This document shows positions 11,812 through 21,132 of a stretch of DNA of 61,219 bases, piece by piece. This DNA comes from an uncultured Gammaproteobacteria bacterium (GTDB lineage: Bacteria > Patescibacteriota > Patescibacteriia > Patescibacteriales > JAGXOH01). The position numbers and the translations under genes are program-made. The notes below the pieces were generated by a model that was given only the letters and a program-made list of their open reading frames with translations, was not told the DNA's origin and searched no databases. Where the stretch lies: the NCBI GenBank assembly GCA_964635515.1, contig CAZWNU010000003.1:1-61219 (forward strand). Direction: 5' to 3'. The number at the start of each line of letters is the position of its first letter. The first letter of the stretch is position 1.

Positions 11812-13344
11812 ATGAAAAAGTCGGTTTTTCTTAAAATTTTTTTCTTTTTAACAGTAGTGGGAGTCGCTCCTCTGGTCTTGGCTTTGTCTTTGGAGTATAA
11901 GAATATCTATGATCTCTCCCAAGAACTTCATTCTATGCCAGAGGTTGATCAAGAGATAATTGAAAAAGTGGACCTGGTCATAGCTGACACTAAAATATTG
12001 ATTGTGCTCATTTTCTTTTTTACTATCATTTTAGTTGTTCTGATGTCAACCGTTTTAAGCAGGAAGATGACTTCGCCTTTGCATAAATTAATAGACGCTT
12101 CCAACAAGATAAGTCAGGGAAGATTTAGTACTCAGGTAAAGATTGAGAGCGGGGATGAGTTTGAAGTTTTGGGGAGAGCCTTTAATAAAATGGCCAAAGA
12201 TCTCAAGTCTTACGACCGTGATTTGAATAAGGCCCTGGAGGCTTCCAGGCAGTCTCAAAAAGTGGCTGAGGGGGAAAGGGAGAAAACCAAAATGACCTTG
12301 GATAATTTACGAGATGGCTTGATGGTCTTGGATGAAGAGAATAAGATCGAATTTTTGAACCCTCAGGGAGAAAAAATATTGGGAGTAAAAAGCTCCCAGG
12401 TAAATGGCAAAGGCTTGAGTGATTTGAGAAAATTTCCCAAACTGGGTAAGCTTAATCGGTCTTTGAATAAAAAAATAAAAAACTGGCAGGACAAAAAAGA
12501 ACTCTACTTGGAGGACCCTTTGAAAAAGTTTTTTGAGGTGAGCGAGGCAGTCATGAAAGATAAAGAGAGCGGAGAAAGAAAAAGAATAATAACACTCCAT
12601 GACATCACCCGAGAGAAAGGGATTGAAAGAATGAAGAATGAGTTCATTTCTATTGCCGCTCATCAACTAAGGACACCCCTTTCGGCTATAAAGTGGAGCT
12701 TGGAATTCTTAGAAGATGAATTGAAGAAAAAACTGGGGGAGGATTATTCGGGTGAGATCGAGGATTATTTGGAAAAAAATATTTCTTCCAATGAAAGAAT
12801 GATAAGTTTAGTTAATGATTTATTGAATGTTTCCCGAATAGAAGAAGGAAGGTTTATTTATCAAACAAAAAAAATATCTCTTCCGAAATTGCTTAGGGAG
12901 GTGATAGAGCAGTCTAGTTCTAAGGTCAAGAATAAAAATATAAAATTAAAAATTACTAAACTCCCGAATGATCTACCTGAGGTCAAGGTGGATGAAGAAA
13001 AAGTAAAACTAGCTATTCAAAACTTGGTTGACAATGCTATTAAATATTCTTTCCCAAAAGGAAGGGTTTTATTCAGATTCAGGAAGATAAAAGAAAAGAG
13101 AAAAACCTATGTGCAATTGGAGGTGGAGGATAATGGGATGGGAATTAGCCTGGAAGATCAAGAAAAGATTTTTCTTAAATTCTCTCGAGGAAATAATGCT
13201 ATGAAATCTCAAACTGAAGGATCTGGATTAGGTTTATTCATTGCAAAAAATATAGCTGAGGCCCACCAAGGAGATCTTTGGTTTGAAAGTTCTCTGAATA
13301 AGGGATCGATTTTCTATCTTCGTTTACCCACAGAGAAAAAATAA
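11812..13344 (+). CDS. sensor histidine kinase (2 TM, HAMP, PAS, HisKA, HATPase)
   Basis: HAMP PLHKLIDASNKISQG..DEFEVLGRAFNKM; H-box AAHQLRTPL; N-box NLVDNAIKY; DNGMGI; GSGLGL. Confidence 0.93.
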   Translation: MKKSVFLKIFFFLTVVGVAPLVLALSLEYKNIYDLSQELHSMPEVDQEIIEKVDLVIADTKILIVLIFFFTIILVVLMSTVLSRKMTSPLHKLIDASNKISQGRFSTQVKIESGDEFEVLGRAFNKMAKDLKSYDRDLNKALEASRQSQKVAEGEREKTKMTLDNLRDGLMVLDEENKIEFLNPQGEKILGVKSSQVNGKGLSDLRKFPKLGKLNRSLNKKIKNWQDKKELYLEDPLKKFFEVSEAVMKDKESGERKRIITLHDITREKGIERMKNEFISIAAHQLRTPLSAIKWSLEFLEDELKKKLGEDYSGEIEDYLEKNISSNERMISLVNDLLNVSRIEEGRFIYQTKKISLPKLLREVIEQSSSKVKNKNIKLKITKLPNDLPEVKVDEEKVKLAIQNLVDNAIKYSFPKGRVLFRFRKIKEKRKTYVQLEVEDNGMGISLEDQEKIFLKFSRGNNAMKSQTEGSGLGLFIAKNIAEAHQGDLWFESSLNKGSIFYLRLPTEKK

Positions 13345-13353
13345 AACATTGAT

Positions 13354-14607
13354 ATGCGTCAAGTACTTGATTTTCACATTCATTCTAAATATTCCCGGGC
13401 TTGTTCTCCTTCTTTGGTTTTAGCTAACATTGATAAAATTTGTCGAGACAAGGGAGTGGACGTGATCGGAACTGGTGATTTTACTTACCCTCATTGGTTC
13501 GATCACATAAAAAGCGAACTCGAGGAGATAGGGGAGAGCGGCCTTTATCGTTTTAAAAGGGCTCGGGATGAAAAGATCAAATTCCTGCTATCCACCGAGT
13601 TGGCCCTTATTTACAAAGACGGGGATCGAGCCAGGAGAATACATTTGGTCCTTCATGCTCCCCAACTGAAAGCAGTAGAGGAACTTAATAGATATTTGGA
13701 CAAGAAGTTTAATATTCGTTCTGACGGCAGACCTATTTTAGGAATGAGCGCTCCGGAGTTGATTAAGCTTTGTCTAAAAATACATCCCCGATTTTTGATT
13801 TACCCCGCTCACATTTGGACTCCTTGGTTCGCGGTCTTTGGTTCTAAGTCGGGATTTAATAGTATAGAAGAATGCTTTCATGATCAAAGCGAGCATATTT
13901 ATGCTTATGAGACCGGTCTTTCCAGCGACCCTGAGATGAACTGGAGACTTTCTGCTTTGGACGAACTAACCACTCTGTCTAATTCTGATGCACACAGTTT
14001 GCCTAATATCGGAAGAGAGGCCAATGTCATGGACTTAGACAAGATCACCTATCAAGAGATCTATGAGGTGATAAAGAACAAGGATTTATCCAGGTTTTTG
14101 GAAACAATTGAGTTTTATCCTGAAGAAGGTATGTATCATTATGATGGTCATAGAGAGTGTGGTTTTAGCTGCGAACCTCAAAAGACCAGGGGGCACAAAA
14201 ACATTTGCCCGGTCTGCAAGAAAGAGTTGACAATCGGAGTTATGAACCGAGTGGAAGAGTTAGCTGACAGGGAAGAGGGTTTTGTGCCTGAGAATCATAT
14301 ACCTTTTAGAAAATTAGTGGAGCTAGATAAAATCATCGCCGAAGCCGAGGGGGTCAAATCCAGGAAATCTAAAAAGGTTCAAGGTATATATAGGAATTTG
14401 ATCAACAAAGTCGGAAGTGAGATTAAGATTCTAACAGAGATTGATCCTGACCAAATTGCCTCGGTTGCCGGTCCGGAGATAGCCGAGGGTGTGAGAAGGG
14501 TCAGGGAGGGCGATTTAATAGTGGAACCGGGTTTTGATGGTCAATATGGAAAAATAAAGATTTTTAAACCAGAAGAAAAGAAATCCCGCCAAAAACCTTT
14601 GTTTTAG
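13354..14607 (+). CDS. endonuclease Q family (PHP domain, Zn-ribbon) DNA repair endonuclease
   Basis: DFHIHSKYSRACS, GTGDFT, PAHIWTPWF, ETGLSSD, SNSDAHS, GMYHYDGHRECG, CPVCKK, PGFDGQYG. Confidence 0.88.
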   Translation: MRQVLDFHIHSKYSRACSPSLVLANIDKICRDKGVDVIGTGDFTYPHWFDHIKSELEEIGESGLYRFKRARDEKIKFLLSTELALIYKDGDRARRIHLVLHAPQLKAVEELNRYLDKKFNIRSDGRPILGMSAPELIKLCLKIHPRFLIYPAHIWTPWFAVFGSKSGFNSIEECFHDQSEHIYAYETGLSSDPEMNWRLSALDELTTLSNSDAHSLPNIGREANVMDLDKITYQEIYEVIKNKDLSRFLETIEFYPEEGMYHYDGHRECGFSCEPQKTRGHKNICPVCKKELTIGVMNRVEELADREEGFVPENHIPFRKLVELDKIIAEAEGVKSRKSKKVQGIYRNLINKVGSEIKILTEIDPDQIASVAGPEIAEGVRRVREGDLIVEPGFDGQYGKIKIFKPEEKKSRQKPLF

Positions 14608-15347
14608 CTTTCCGCTCTTTTGCTTTCTCGAACCAGGTCTAGGATGTGCAAATAACCAAGAACAAGGATCAGGATTGAAGCCAGACTTAGGGTTCTTGCC
14701 TGGGCTAGAGGGGTTGTTTTCGCATCAAAACCTAATCCCAAGAACCACGTATCCTCACCCTCGACTTCTTCCCTGTCGGTGCTTGAAACGATGCTTTCTT
14801 CTTCACTCTCGGATTTGGTCGGATTGTTTTTCTCTCCCTTGATCGGTGTGGCAAAAACTTGGACCACCAGAACGGAAGAGTGACTTTGATATTCGTTTTC
14901 CATTTCAACCACAGCCATTCCTATCTCCTGGTATTCGGGATATAATAAATTTTTTTTATGGGAGGGGGAGTTCATCCAGGCTTCGATTATATCTTCACTG
15001 GATGAGAAGTCCAGAGCCAGATTTTCTCCCACATAGGAGTAAGCGTATCCTGTTTCTACTACCCAATCCGAAAAATTTTTTTCAGCAGTGCTGTGTTTGA
15101 AAAGATCATGTTCTTTCAAGAACAAAGCTTTATTGTTAGCCGCCTTGGTTAAGGACTTATCAACTTTTATTCTATCCAAATCTTTCTTATTCCTTTCTTT
15201 GTTGGTCAGTTCAATTATTCTCTCTGAGGTTATTTCGGAGGCAACAACCGTTTTGGGGCATAAAAAAATCCCTACCACAAGTAGAGATGTTGCCAATGCC
15301 CAGAAATAAATAAAGCTCTTTTTTGAGTTTTTTTCTTTGGTTGTCAT
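14604..15347 (-). CDS. CAP/SCP-domain exported protein with C-terminal TM
   Basis: IIELTNKER, GENLA, AWMNSPSHKKNLL, EIGMAV; N-terminal signal and C-terminal hydrophobic segment. Confidence 0.88.
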   Translation of the reverse strand: MTTKEKNSKKSFIYFWALATSLLVVGIFLCPKTVVASEITSERIIELTNKERNKKDLDRIKVDKSLTKAANNKALFLKEHDLFKHSTAEKNFSDWVVETGYAYSYVGENLALDFSSSEDIIEAWMNSPSHKKNLLYPEYQEIGMAVVEMENEYQSHSSVLVVQVFATPIKGEKNNPTKSESEEESIVSSTDREEVEGEDTWFLGLGFDAKTTPLAQARTLSLASILILVLGYLHILDLVRESKRAES

Positions 15348-15560
15348 TTTTTGTTTTTATTTTTGTTTTTTCTGCAGTGTTTTCGTAACCCTTTATTTTA
15401 AGTAAGGTTTACTTAACTTTAATTCTTATTATATCACAAAAAATCAATTATTTCAAGGGTACATCTTGTGCAAAACAGACTTTTAAATTTATTAACTTCT
15501 TTTTTTATGTTATTATTCATATATGAAGAATATAATTAAACAGGAGTATCTTTCACTATT

Positions 15561-16604
15561 ATGAACAAACTGAAAACTTTATTTTTTTACCCTCTGCTGT
15601 TTTTAGGATTGGGTTTTTTTCTCTTTTCCGATCCGTCGACCTCTTTTGCTTCCCAGGGCCCGGGTTGGGAAAATGAGGGAGTAGACAGATTGAAGTATGT
15701 GCTAAGAGGTCAAATATTACTTCAAGTTCAGGATCAGGGCCAAGCTTATTATATCAGCCCCGAGGATTTGAGCTTTAACTTCTTGGGCCGACCGGAAGAT
15801 GCCTTCCGAATCCTGCAAGAGAAGGGAGTTGGGATAAGTAATGAGGATCTATCTAAGATCCGGCCAGCTGTAAGCCATTTAACCGGAAAAGATTCAGACG
15901 GTGATGGTCTGCCTGATAAATTTGAAAGGGCCATGGGAACCGATCCTTTCGATCCGGATACGAGCGGAAACGGCTACACAGATAAAACTGAAATTAAACA
16001 CGGTTATGATCCCTTAAGGAAAGAGGGCAGACTTCCTCTGGACGAGGCCTTTGCTCGAAAACATCAAGGCAGAATTTTTCTTCAAGTAGAAGGTAGCGGA
16101 GAGGCATGGTATGTCAATCCCGAAGATAATTTACGTTATTTTCTGGGACGTCCGGCTGATGTTTTTAATGTTATGGGCAAGTTGGGTCGAGGTTTTCCCA
16201 ATAATATTTTTGATAAATTAAAAGGAGAGGAGGTTGAGCTTTCCAAGAGAATAGTGATTGATACCGGAAATCAGAGGTTGAGCTATTATTGGGGCGGGGT
16301 AAAAATGGGGAAATACCTGGTTTCCACCGGAAAGGCAAGCACCCCCACTCCCCCTGGAAGTTACCATATTATCAATAAGGTGGAATTGGCCTGGTCTCCC
16401 TTGGGTCTATGGATGCCTTATTGGATGGGCTTGGGCACGGGCAGGATCGGCATCCACCAACTTCCCTATTGGCCCAACGGTTATCGCGAAGGAGTATGGA
16501 ATCTGGGAACTCCGGTTTCTCATGGTTGTATAAGACTGGGCATTGAAGAGTCGAAGAGGTTGTATGAGTGGGCTGAGGTAGGCACCCCTGTCTATATTTA
16601 TTAG
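15561..16604 (+). CDS. L,D-transpeptidase (YkuD) with two repeated domains flanking a Ca-binding DxDGDG repeat
   Basis: Signal peptide; VSTG..TPTPPG; IGIHQLP; SHGCIRL; DSDGDGLPD..GTDP; repeats GQILLQVQDQGQAYYISP and GRIFLQVEGSGEAWYVNP. Confidence 0.88.
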   Translation: MNKLKTLFFYPLLFLGLGFFLFSDPSTSFASQGPGWENEGVDRLKYVLRGQILLQVQDQGQAYYISPEDLSFNFLGRPEDAFRILQEKGVGISNEDLSKIRPAVSHLTGKDSDGDGLPDKFERAMGTDPFDPDTSGNGYTDKTEIKHGYDPLRKEGRLPLDEAFARKHQGRIFLQVEGSGEAWYVNPEDNLRYFLGRPADVFNVMGKLGRGFPNNIFDKLKGEEVELSKRIVIDTGNQRLSYYWGGVKMGKYLVSTGKASTPTPPGSYHIINKVELAWSPLGLWMPYWMGLGTGRIGIHQLPYWPNGYREGVWNLGTPVSHGCIRLGIEESKRLYEWAEVGTPVYIY

Positions 16605-16667
16605 ATTTAACTCCTTTTTTCTAATTTAAAAAGACTTACAAGAAAAAGCCTTTTAAAGTGGTTTTAA

Positions 16668-16696
16668 TTGCTAAAAAGGCTTAGCTTTGTTATAAT
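16668..16696 (+). promoter_or_regulatory. sigma70-type promoter (extended -10) for DUF4012-mreB-GT4
   Basis: TTGCTA, 17 nt, TATAAT, with TG one base before the -10. Confidence 0.55.
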
Positions 16697-16728
16697 TCGC
16701 TTATAAAAAGATCCCATATTGATCATTT

Positions 16729-18768
16729 ATGTGGCACTCTCACCATTCTAAAAAAATAGATTTTCTCCAAACATCCGGCAGGCTAAGGAGATTGTGGAAC
16801 AATCTCCCGATCATAAAAAGGCGGAGAAGAAGAGAAAAATTCTATAAAATTTTTAAAACTTGGTCTTATTTAGTCTTTTTTTTACTTTTTTTTCTCTTCA
16901 TAATAATTGGAGGATCTCTGATAAATCTTCATAGATATTATGACCACTCTATGTCTGGTAAAAATCAGATTGAAAGAGCTTTGCAGGAGTTTGAAGCAGG
17001 AAATTTCTCCCAAGCCGAGTCCTTGGCTCGAGAGTCAGAAGCCAATTTCTCTTTAGTGGTAGACATGCTAGAAAGGTTGAAAGGTAATTCTTTGATCAAG
17101 CTCTCTCCGGGGTTAACACACCAGATTTCTAACTATTCCAACCTTTCCAAGAGCGCTTTACTTGTTAGCAAATCCATAAGACAAGGTTCCGGTTTATTGC
17201 TTCAGTTTCAAGGAATTGTTGATTATTCAGATATCCATCAATTAGCCAGACTGGATGACAGTGAAAGAGTGGAAATGTTAAGGTTATTGTATGAAGCGGA
17301 TCCCGAGGTTAGAGGAGTGAATGCTAATTTGGGACTGGCCCTAATGAAGCTATCCCGAATGGATGAAGATCTTCCCTTTTTCCCCTTTAAAGAGGAATTG
17401 AAAAGAGCAGAAGAACAACTCTTTGAGGCCAGGGAGAGCCTGAATCATTTGATAGATATTTCTTCCTTGATGACCAAGTTGGCCGGATATCCCAGGACTT
17501 CGAATTTTTTGGTCTTTTTTCAAAACAGTGATGAGCTAAGGCCTACCGGCGGGTTTTTAGGAACATACGGTATTTTAAGTGTTAAGGATGGTGATATAGA
17601 GAGATTTGATACCCACAACATTTACCACATGGATATGCCCCTGGAGGGCATCTTAGAAGTGGAACCTCCGGAGCCAATAAAAAAATATTTGAACAGAAAT
17701 TGGTATATGAGAGACGCCAATTGGTCTCCTGATTGGCCCACCTCGGCAGAGAAGTTAAATTGGTTTTTTCACAAAGAGGATCAACTTCTTCCCCCTGAAA
17801 ATCAAATCAATGAGTTTACCGGAGAATTTGATGGAGTTATTGCGGTTACGCCCGATTTTGTCAAAGATCTGATAGCAATTACCGGTCCTTTGGAGGTGGA
17901 AGGTGAGGTTTATGACAAAGATAATTTTGTCGACGTTCTACAGTACCAAGTTCAAAGGGGTTATCCGGAAACAGACAGGAGTGCCTGGGAAAGAAAAGAG
18001 GTGGTGGGAGAGATTTTGACATCCTTGCAAGAAGAAATTTTTAATTTACCAGATGGGAAATGGCCGAGTGTCACACCCTCTGTTAAGAATAGCCTGTTTA
18101 AAAAAGATATCCTTTTCTATTTTTTCGAGGATTACTATCAGGATATAGCCAAGGGTTTGGATTGGACCGGGCACATCAAGGACACTCCGGGTGATTATTT
18201 AATGGTGGTAGATTCTAACATGGCCGCGCTAAAAACGGATTCAGTCATAGAGAGAGGTTTTAATTACTCCTTGGATCAGAGTTTGAATGGCCTTTTTGTC
18301 GATTTAAGGATCAACTATTCTCATCATGGAGAACCTAGTTGGAAAATTTCCGAGTATAAAAGCTATACCAGGGTTTTGACCCCCTTGGGAAGTGAATTGT
18401 TAGAGATCGAAAGGAATAATCTGGGGCCTGCGACAGATCCGGATATAAAAATATCCGAGGTCGGAGGGAAGACTTCTTTTGAGACTTTTTTCACCTTGCA
18501 GCCAGGAGAGGTGGGGAGTTTGCACCTAAGATATAAGTTGCCGGAAGACCTGGAAGAGGCCATAGAAAGAAGCGATTCTTATTCCCTGCTTGTCCAGAAA
18601 CAACCCGGAACCATTCTTAAAAACTCTTTAATTGACATAAGTACTAATAATAAGATAAAATCATATAATCCCCAAGGCTTTTATGTTAATTTGAAAGATG
18701 ATTATTCAGTTAGCTGGAGATCGGATATTGTCGGAGATAAAAAGATAGAGATTATTTTTGAAAATTAA
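16729..18768 (+). CDS. DUF4012-domain membrane-anchored protein
   Basis: One N-terminal TM, coiled region, then FQNSDELRPTGGFLG, RDANWSPDWPTSA, DGVIAVTPDF, VVDSNMAALKTD. Confidence 0.85.
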   Translation: MWHSHHSKKIDFLQTSGRLRRLWNNLPIIKRRRRREKFYKIFKTWSYLVFFLLFFLFIIIGGSLINLHRYYDHSMSGKNQIERALQEFEAGNFSQAESLARESEANFSLVVDMLERLKGNSLIKLSPGLTHQISNYSNLSKSALLVSKSIRQGSGLLLQFQGIVDYSDIHQLARLDDSERVEMLRLLYEADPEVRGVNANLGLALMKLSRMDEDLPFFPFKEELKRAEEQLFEARESLNHLIDISSLMTKLAGYPRTSNFLVFFQNSDELRPTGGFLGTYGILSVKDGDIERFDTHNIYHMDMPLEGILEVEPPEPIKKYLNRNWYMRDANWSPDWPTSAEKLNWFFHKEDQLLPPENQINEFTGEFDGVIAVTPDFVKDLIAITGPLEVEGEVYDKDNFVDVLQYQVQRGYPETDRSAWERKEVVGEILTSLQEEIFNLPDGKWPSVTPSVKNSLFKKDILFYFFEDYYQDIAKGLDWTGHIKDTPGDYLMVVDSNMAALKTDSVIERGFNYSLDQSLNGLFVDLRINYSHHGEPSWKISEYKSYTRVLTPLGSELLEIERNNLGPATDPDIKISEVGGKTSFETFFTLQPGEVGSLHLRYKLPEDLEEAIERSDSYSLLVQKQPGTILKNSLIDISTNNKIKSYNPQGFYVNLKDDYSVSWRSDIVGDKKIEIIFEN

Positions 18769-18779
18769 GTCAATTTTGT

Positions 18780-19787
18780 ATGTTTATAAAAAGAATCGGT
18801 ATTGATCTGGGTACCACCTATACTTTAGTTCATTTGCCCAAAAGAGGGATTGTAATAAATGAACCCAGTGTAGTAGCCGTGTCAGTAGAAGATAAAAAGG
18901 TTTTAGCGGTCGGTAACGAGGCTAAGGACATGTTAGGCAGGACACCTGATTCCATAATCGCTGTCCGTCCCTTAAAGGACGGAGTTATCGCTTATTACAA
19001 GACAACCGAAGCTATGTTGCGTTATTTTGTTAACAAAACCTTGGGTGGGTTTCGCCTGTTCCGTCCCGAGGTTATGGTGGCGGTACCGGCTGGAATTTCT
19101 TCTACCGAGAGGAGGGCGGTGATCGAGGCTACCATAGCTGCCGGAGCTAAGGCAGCTTATATAATAAAGGAGCCCATTGCAGCGGCCATTGGCGCTGATA
19201 TTCCCATTAGTTCGGCTTCCGGGCACATGATCATTGATGTGGGAGGCGGAACCTCTGAGATTGCTGTCATCTCTTTGGGGGGAATAGTTTCCTCCAATTC
19301 TGTTAGGGTGGGGGGAAATAAATTTGATGCCGCCATTCTGGAGCATATCAGGAGGAAGTATAACTTAGCAGTAGGTGAGAAAATGGCTGAGGAAATAAAA
19401 ATTGAGATTGGTTCAGCCTTGTTCTTAGAGGATAAATTGTTTATGGATATTAGGGGTAGAGATATAATTTCCGGTCTGCCACGGAGCATAACAGTAAGCA
19501 GTGATGATATCACAGAAGCTCTACAGAATGATCTTGAGGCCATTATTGTGGCTGCCAAAAAAGTTTTGAACGACACTTCTCCGGAGTTGGCGGCTGATGT
19601 TATGGATAAGGGAATCGTTTTATCCGGAGGTTCAACTTTGTTGAAGAACATAGACCAACTTTTTTCCAGAACCATAGGAGTGCCGGTGTATGTGGCGGAT
19701 GAGCCCATTTTGTGTGTGGCCAAAGGAACCGGAATCGCTTTGGACAACCTCGATTCTTACAAACGTTCCATCTTAGCTACTAAATAA
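18780..19787 (+). CDS. mreB: rod shape-determining actin homolog MreB/Mbl
   Basis: IGIDLGTT, NEPSVVA, RPLKDGVIA, EPIAAAIGA, DVGGGTSE, GIVLSGG, DEPILCVAKGTG. Confidence 0.96.
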   Translation: MFIKRIGIDLGTTYTLVHLPKRGIVINEPSVVAVSVEDKKVLAVGNEAKDMLGRTPDSIIAVRPLKDGVIAYYKTTEAMLRYFVNKTLGGFRLFRPEVMVAVPAGISSTERRAVIEATIAAGAKAAYIIKEPIAAAIGADIPISSASGHMIIDVGGGTSEIAVISLGGIVSSNSVRVGGNKFDAAILEHIRRKYNLAVGEKMAEEIKIEIGSALFLEDKLFMDIRGRDIISGLPRSITVSSDDITEALQNDLEAIIVAAKKVLNDTSPELAADVMDKGIVLSGGSTLLKNIDQLFSRTIGVPVYVADEPILCVAKGTGIALDNLDSYKRSILATK

Positions 19788-19791
19788 TTTT

Positions 19792-21084
19792 ATGATCATA
19801 GGCATAGACGTCAGTCGGGCTAATCGAAGACAAAAAAGCGGTACTGAGTGGTATTCCTATCATTTGATTAAGAATTTAGCCCAAATCGACCCTGAAAATC
19901 AGTACATTCTTTATACGGATTCTCCTTTAAGAGGAGGTTTGTTGGATTTGACCCGTTCTGATATGGATGAAGACAATCACCAAGAAGGGGAAGTAAAATT
20001 TGACAAGAAGGGATTTCAAATCATTAAAAGTCCTCATAATAATTTTAAGGTCAAGATTCTAAATTGGCCTTTTTATTTTTTATGGACCCAGGGCAGGTTA
20101 TCTTTGGAAATGCTTTTTAGAAAACCGGATGTTTTATTTGTTCCAGCCCATACCATTCCCTTGATTCATCCTAAAAAAACAGTGAATACAATTCATGATG
20201 TCGCCTTTGAGAGAAGTCAAAATCTCTTTCGTGAAGAGAGCCTGGGGAGTGAAAGTAGACCTTTTCGTTTTTTTATTAATTTTTTGGTCAGACTTTTTAC
20301 TTTTAATAAATATAGAGCCCATTCTCTGGATTATCTAAGATGGTCTACTCGTTTTGCTTTAAAACATGCTCGCAAAATAATTACCGTTTCCCAATCCAGT
20401 AAGGAAGAAATACTGGATGCTTACGGATGTGAAAAATGCCAAAAAGACAAAATAGCCGTCGTCTATAATGGCTATGATAATCGTAACTACAAAAAAATAG
20501 AGGATCCGGTTGGTGAAAAAGAGGTTTTAGATAAATACGGATTAGAAAAGCCCTATATTCTTTATGTAGGGCGTCTAGAGAGAAAGAAGAACACGCCCTT
20601 GTTTGTGGAGGCTTATGCCGAGGCTAAGTGCGCCAACAAGGATTTTGATCCCAATTTGGTCTTAATAGGCAATGCTGGTTACGGGTATGATGAGGTTATG
20701 TATACTATCATGGAATATGACCTGGAATCCCAAGTCTTTATTCCTGGTTGGGCGGAGGAGAAAGATATGCCCTATATTTTTAATGCTGCCACCGCTTTTG
20801 TTTTTCCTTCCAAGAAAGAGGGTTTTGGCATACCCTTGCTTCAGGCCCTTGGTTGTGGAGTGCCGGTGGCCGCTTCTTGTATCCCCCCTTTCAGGGAGGT
20901 GGTTCAAGACGCCGCCTTATTTTTCAATCCTGTTGACAGGACTGAAATGTCCAAGGCCTTGGAAAGGATTGTTTTGGACAAGGATCTGAGAAGGGATCTG
21001 GTGGAGAAGGGCAGAAAGAGGGCACAAGAATTTAGTTGGCGCAAGTGCGCCCAAGAAACCCTTGAAATAATAGAAAACCTTTGA
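19792..21084 (+). CDS. GT4 family glycosyltransferase
   Basis: MIIGIDVSRA..SGTEWY, YVGRLERKKN, FVFPSKKEGFGIPLLQA. Confidence 0.92.
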   Translation: MIIGIDVSRANRRQKSGTEWYSYHLIKNLAQIDPENQYILYTDSPLRGGLLDLTRSDMDEDNHQEGEVKFDKKGFQIIKSPHNNFKVKILNWPFYFLWTQGRLSLEMLFRKPDVLFVPAHTIPLIHPKKTVNTIHDVAFERSQNLFREESLGSESRPFRFFINFLVRLFTFNKYRAHSLDYLRWSTRFALKHARKIITVSQSSKEEILDAYGCEKCQKDKIAVVYNGYDNRNYKKIEDPVGEKEVLDKYGLEKPYILYVGRLERKKNTPLFVEAYAEAKCANKDFDPNLVLIGNAGYGYDEVMYTIMEYDLESQVFIPGWAEEKDMPYIFNAATAFVFPSKKEGFGIPLLQALGCGVPVAASCIPPFREVVQDAALFFNPVDRTEMSKALERIVLDKDLRRDLVEKGRKRAQEFSWRKCAQETLEIIENL

Positions 21085-21132
21085 ATTTCTTCCTTTTATT
21101 CTCTTAGATATTGTGTTATAATTAAAGATGTT

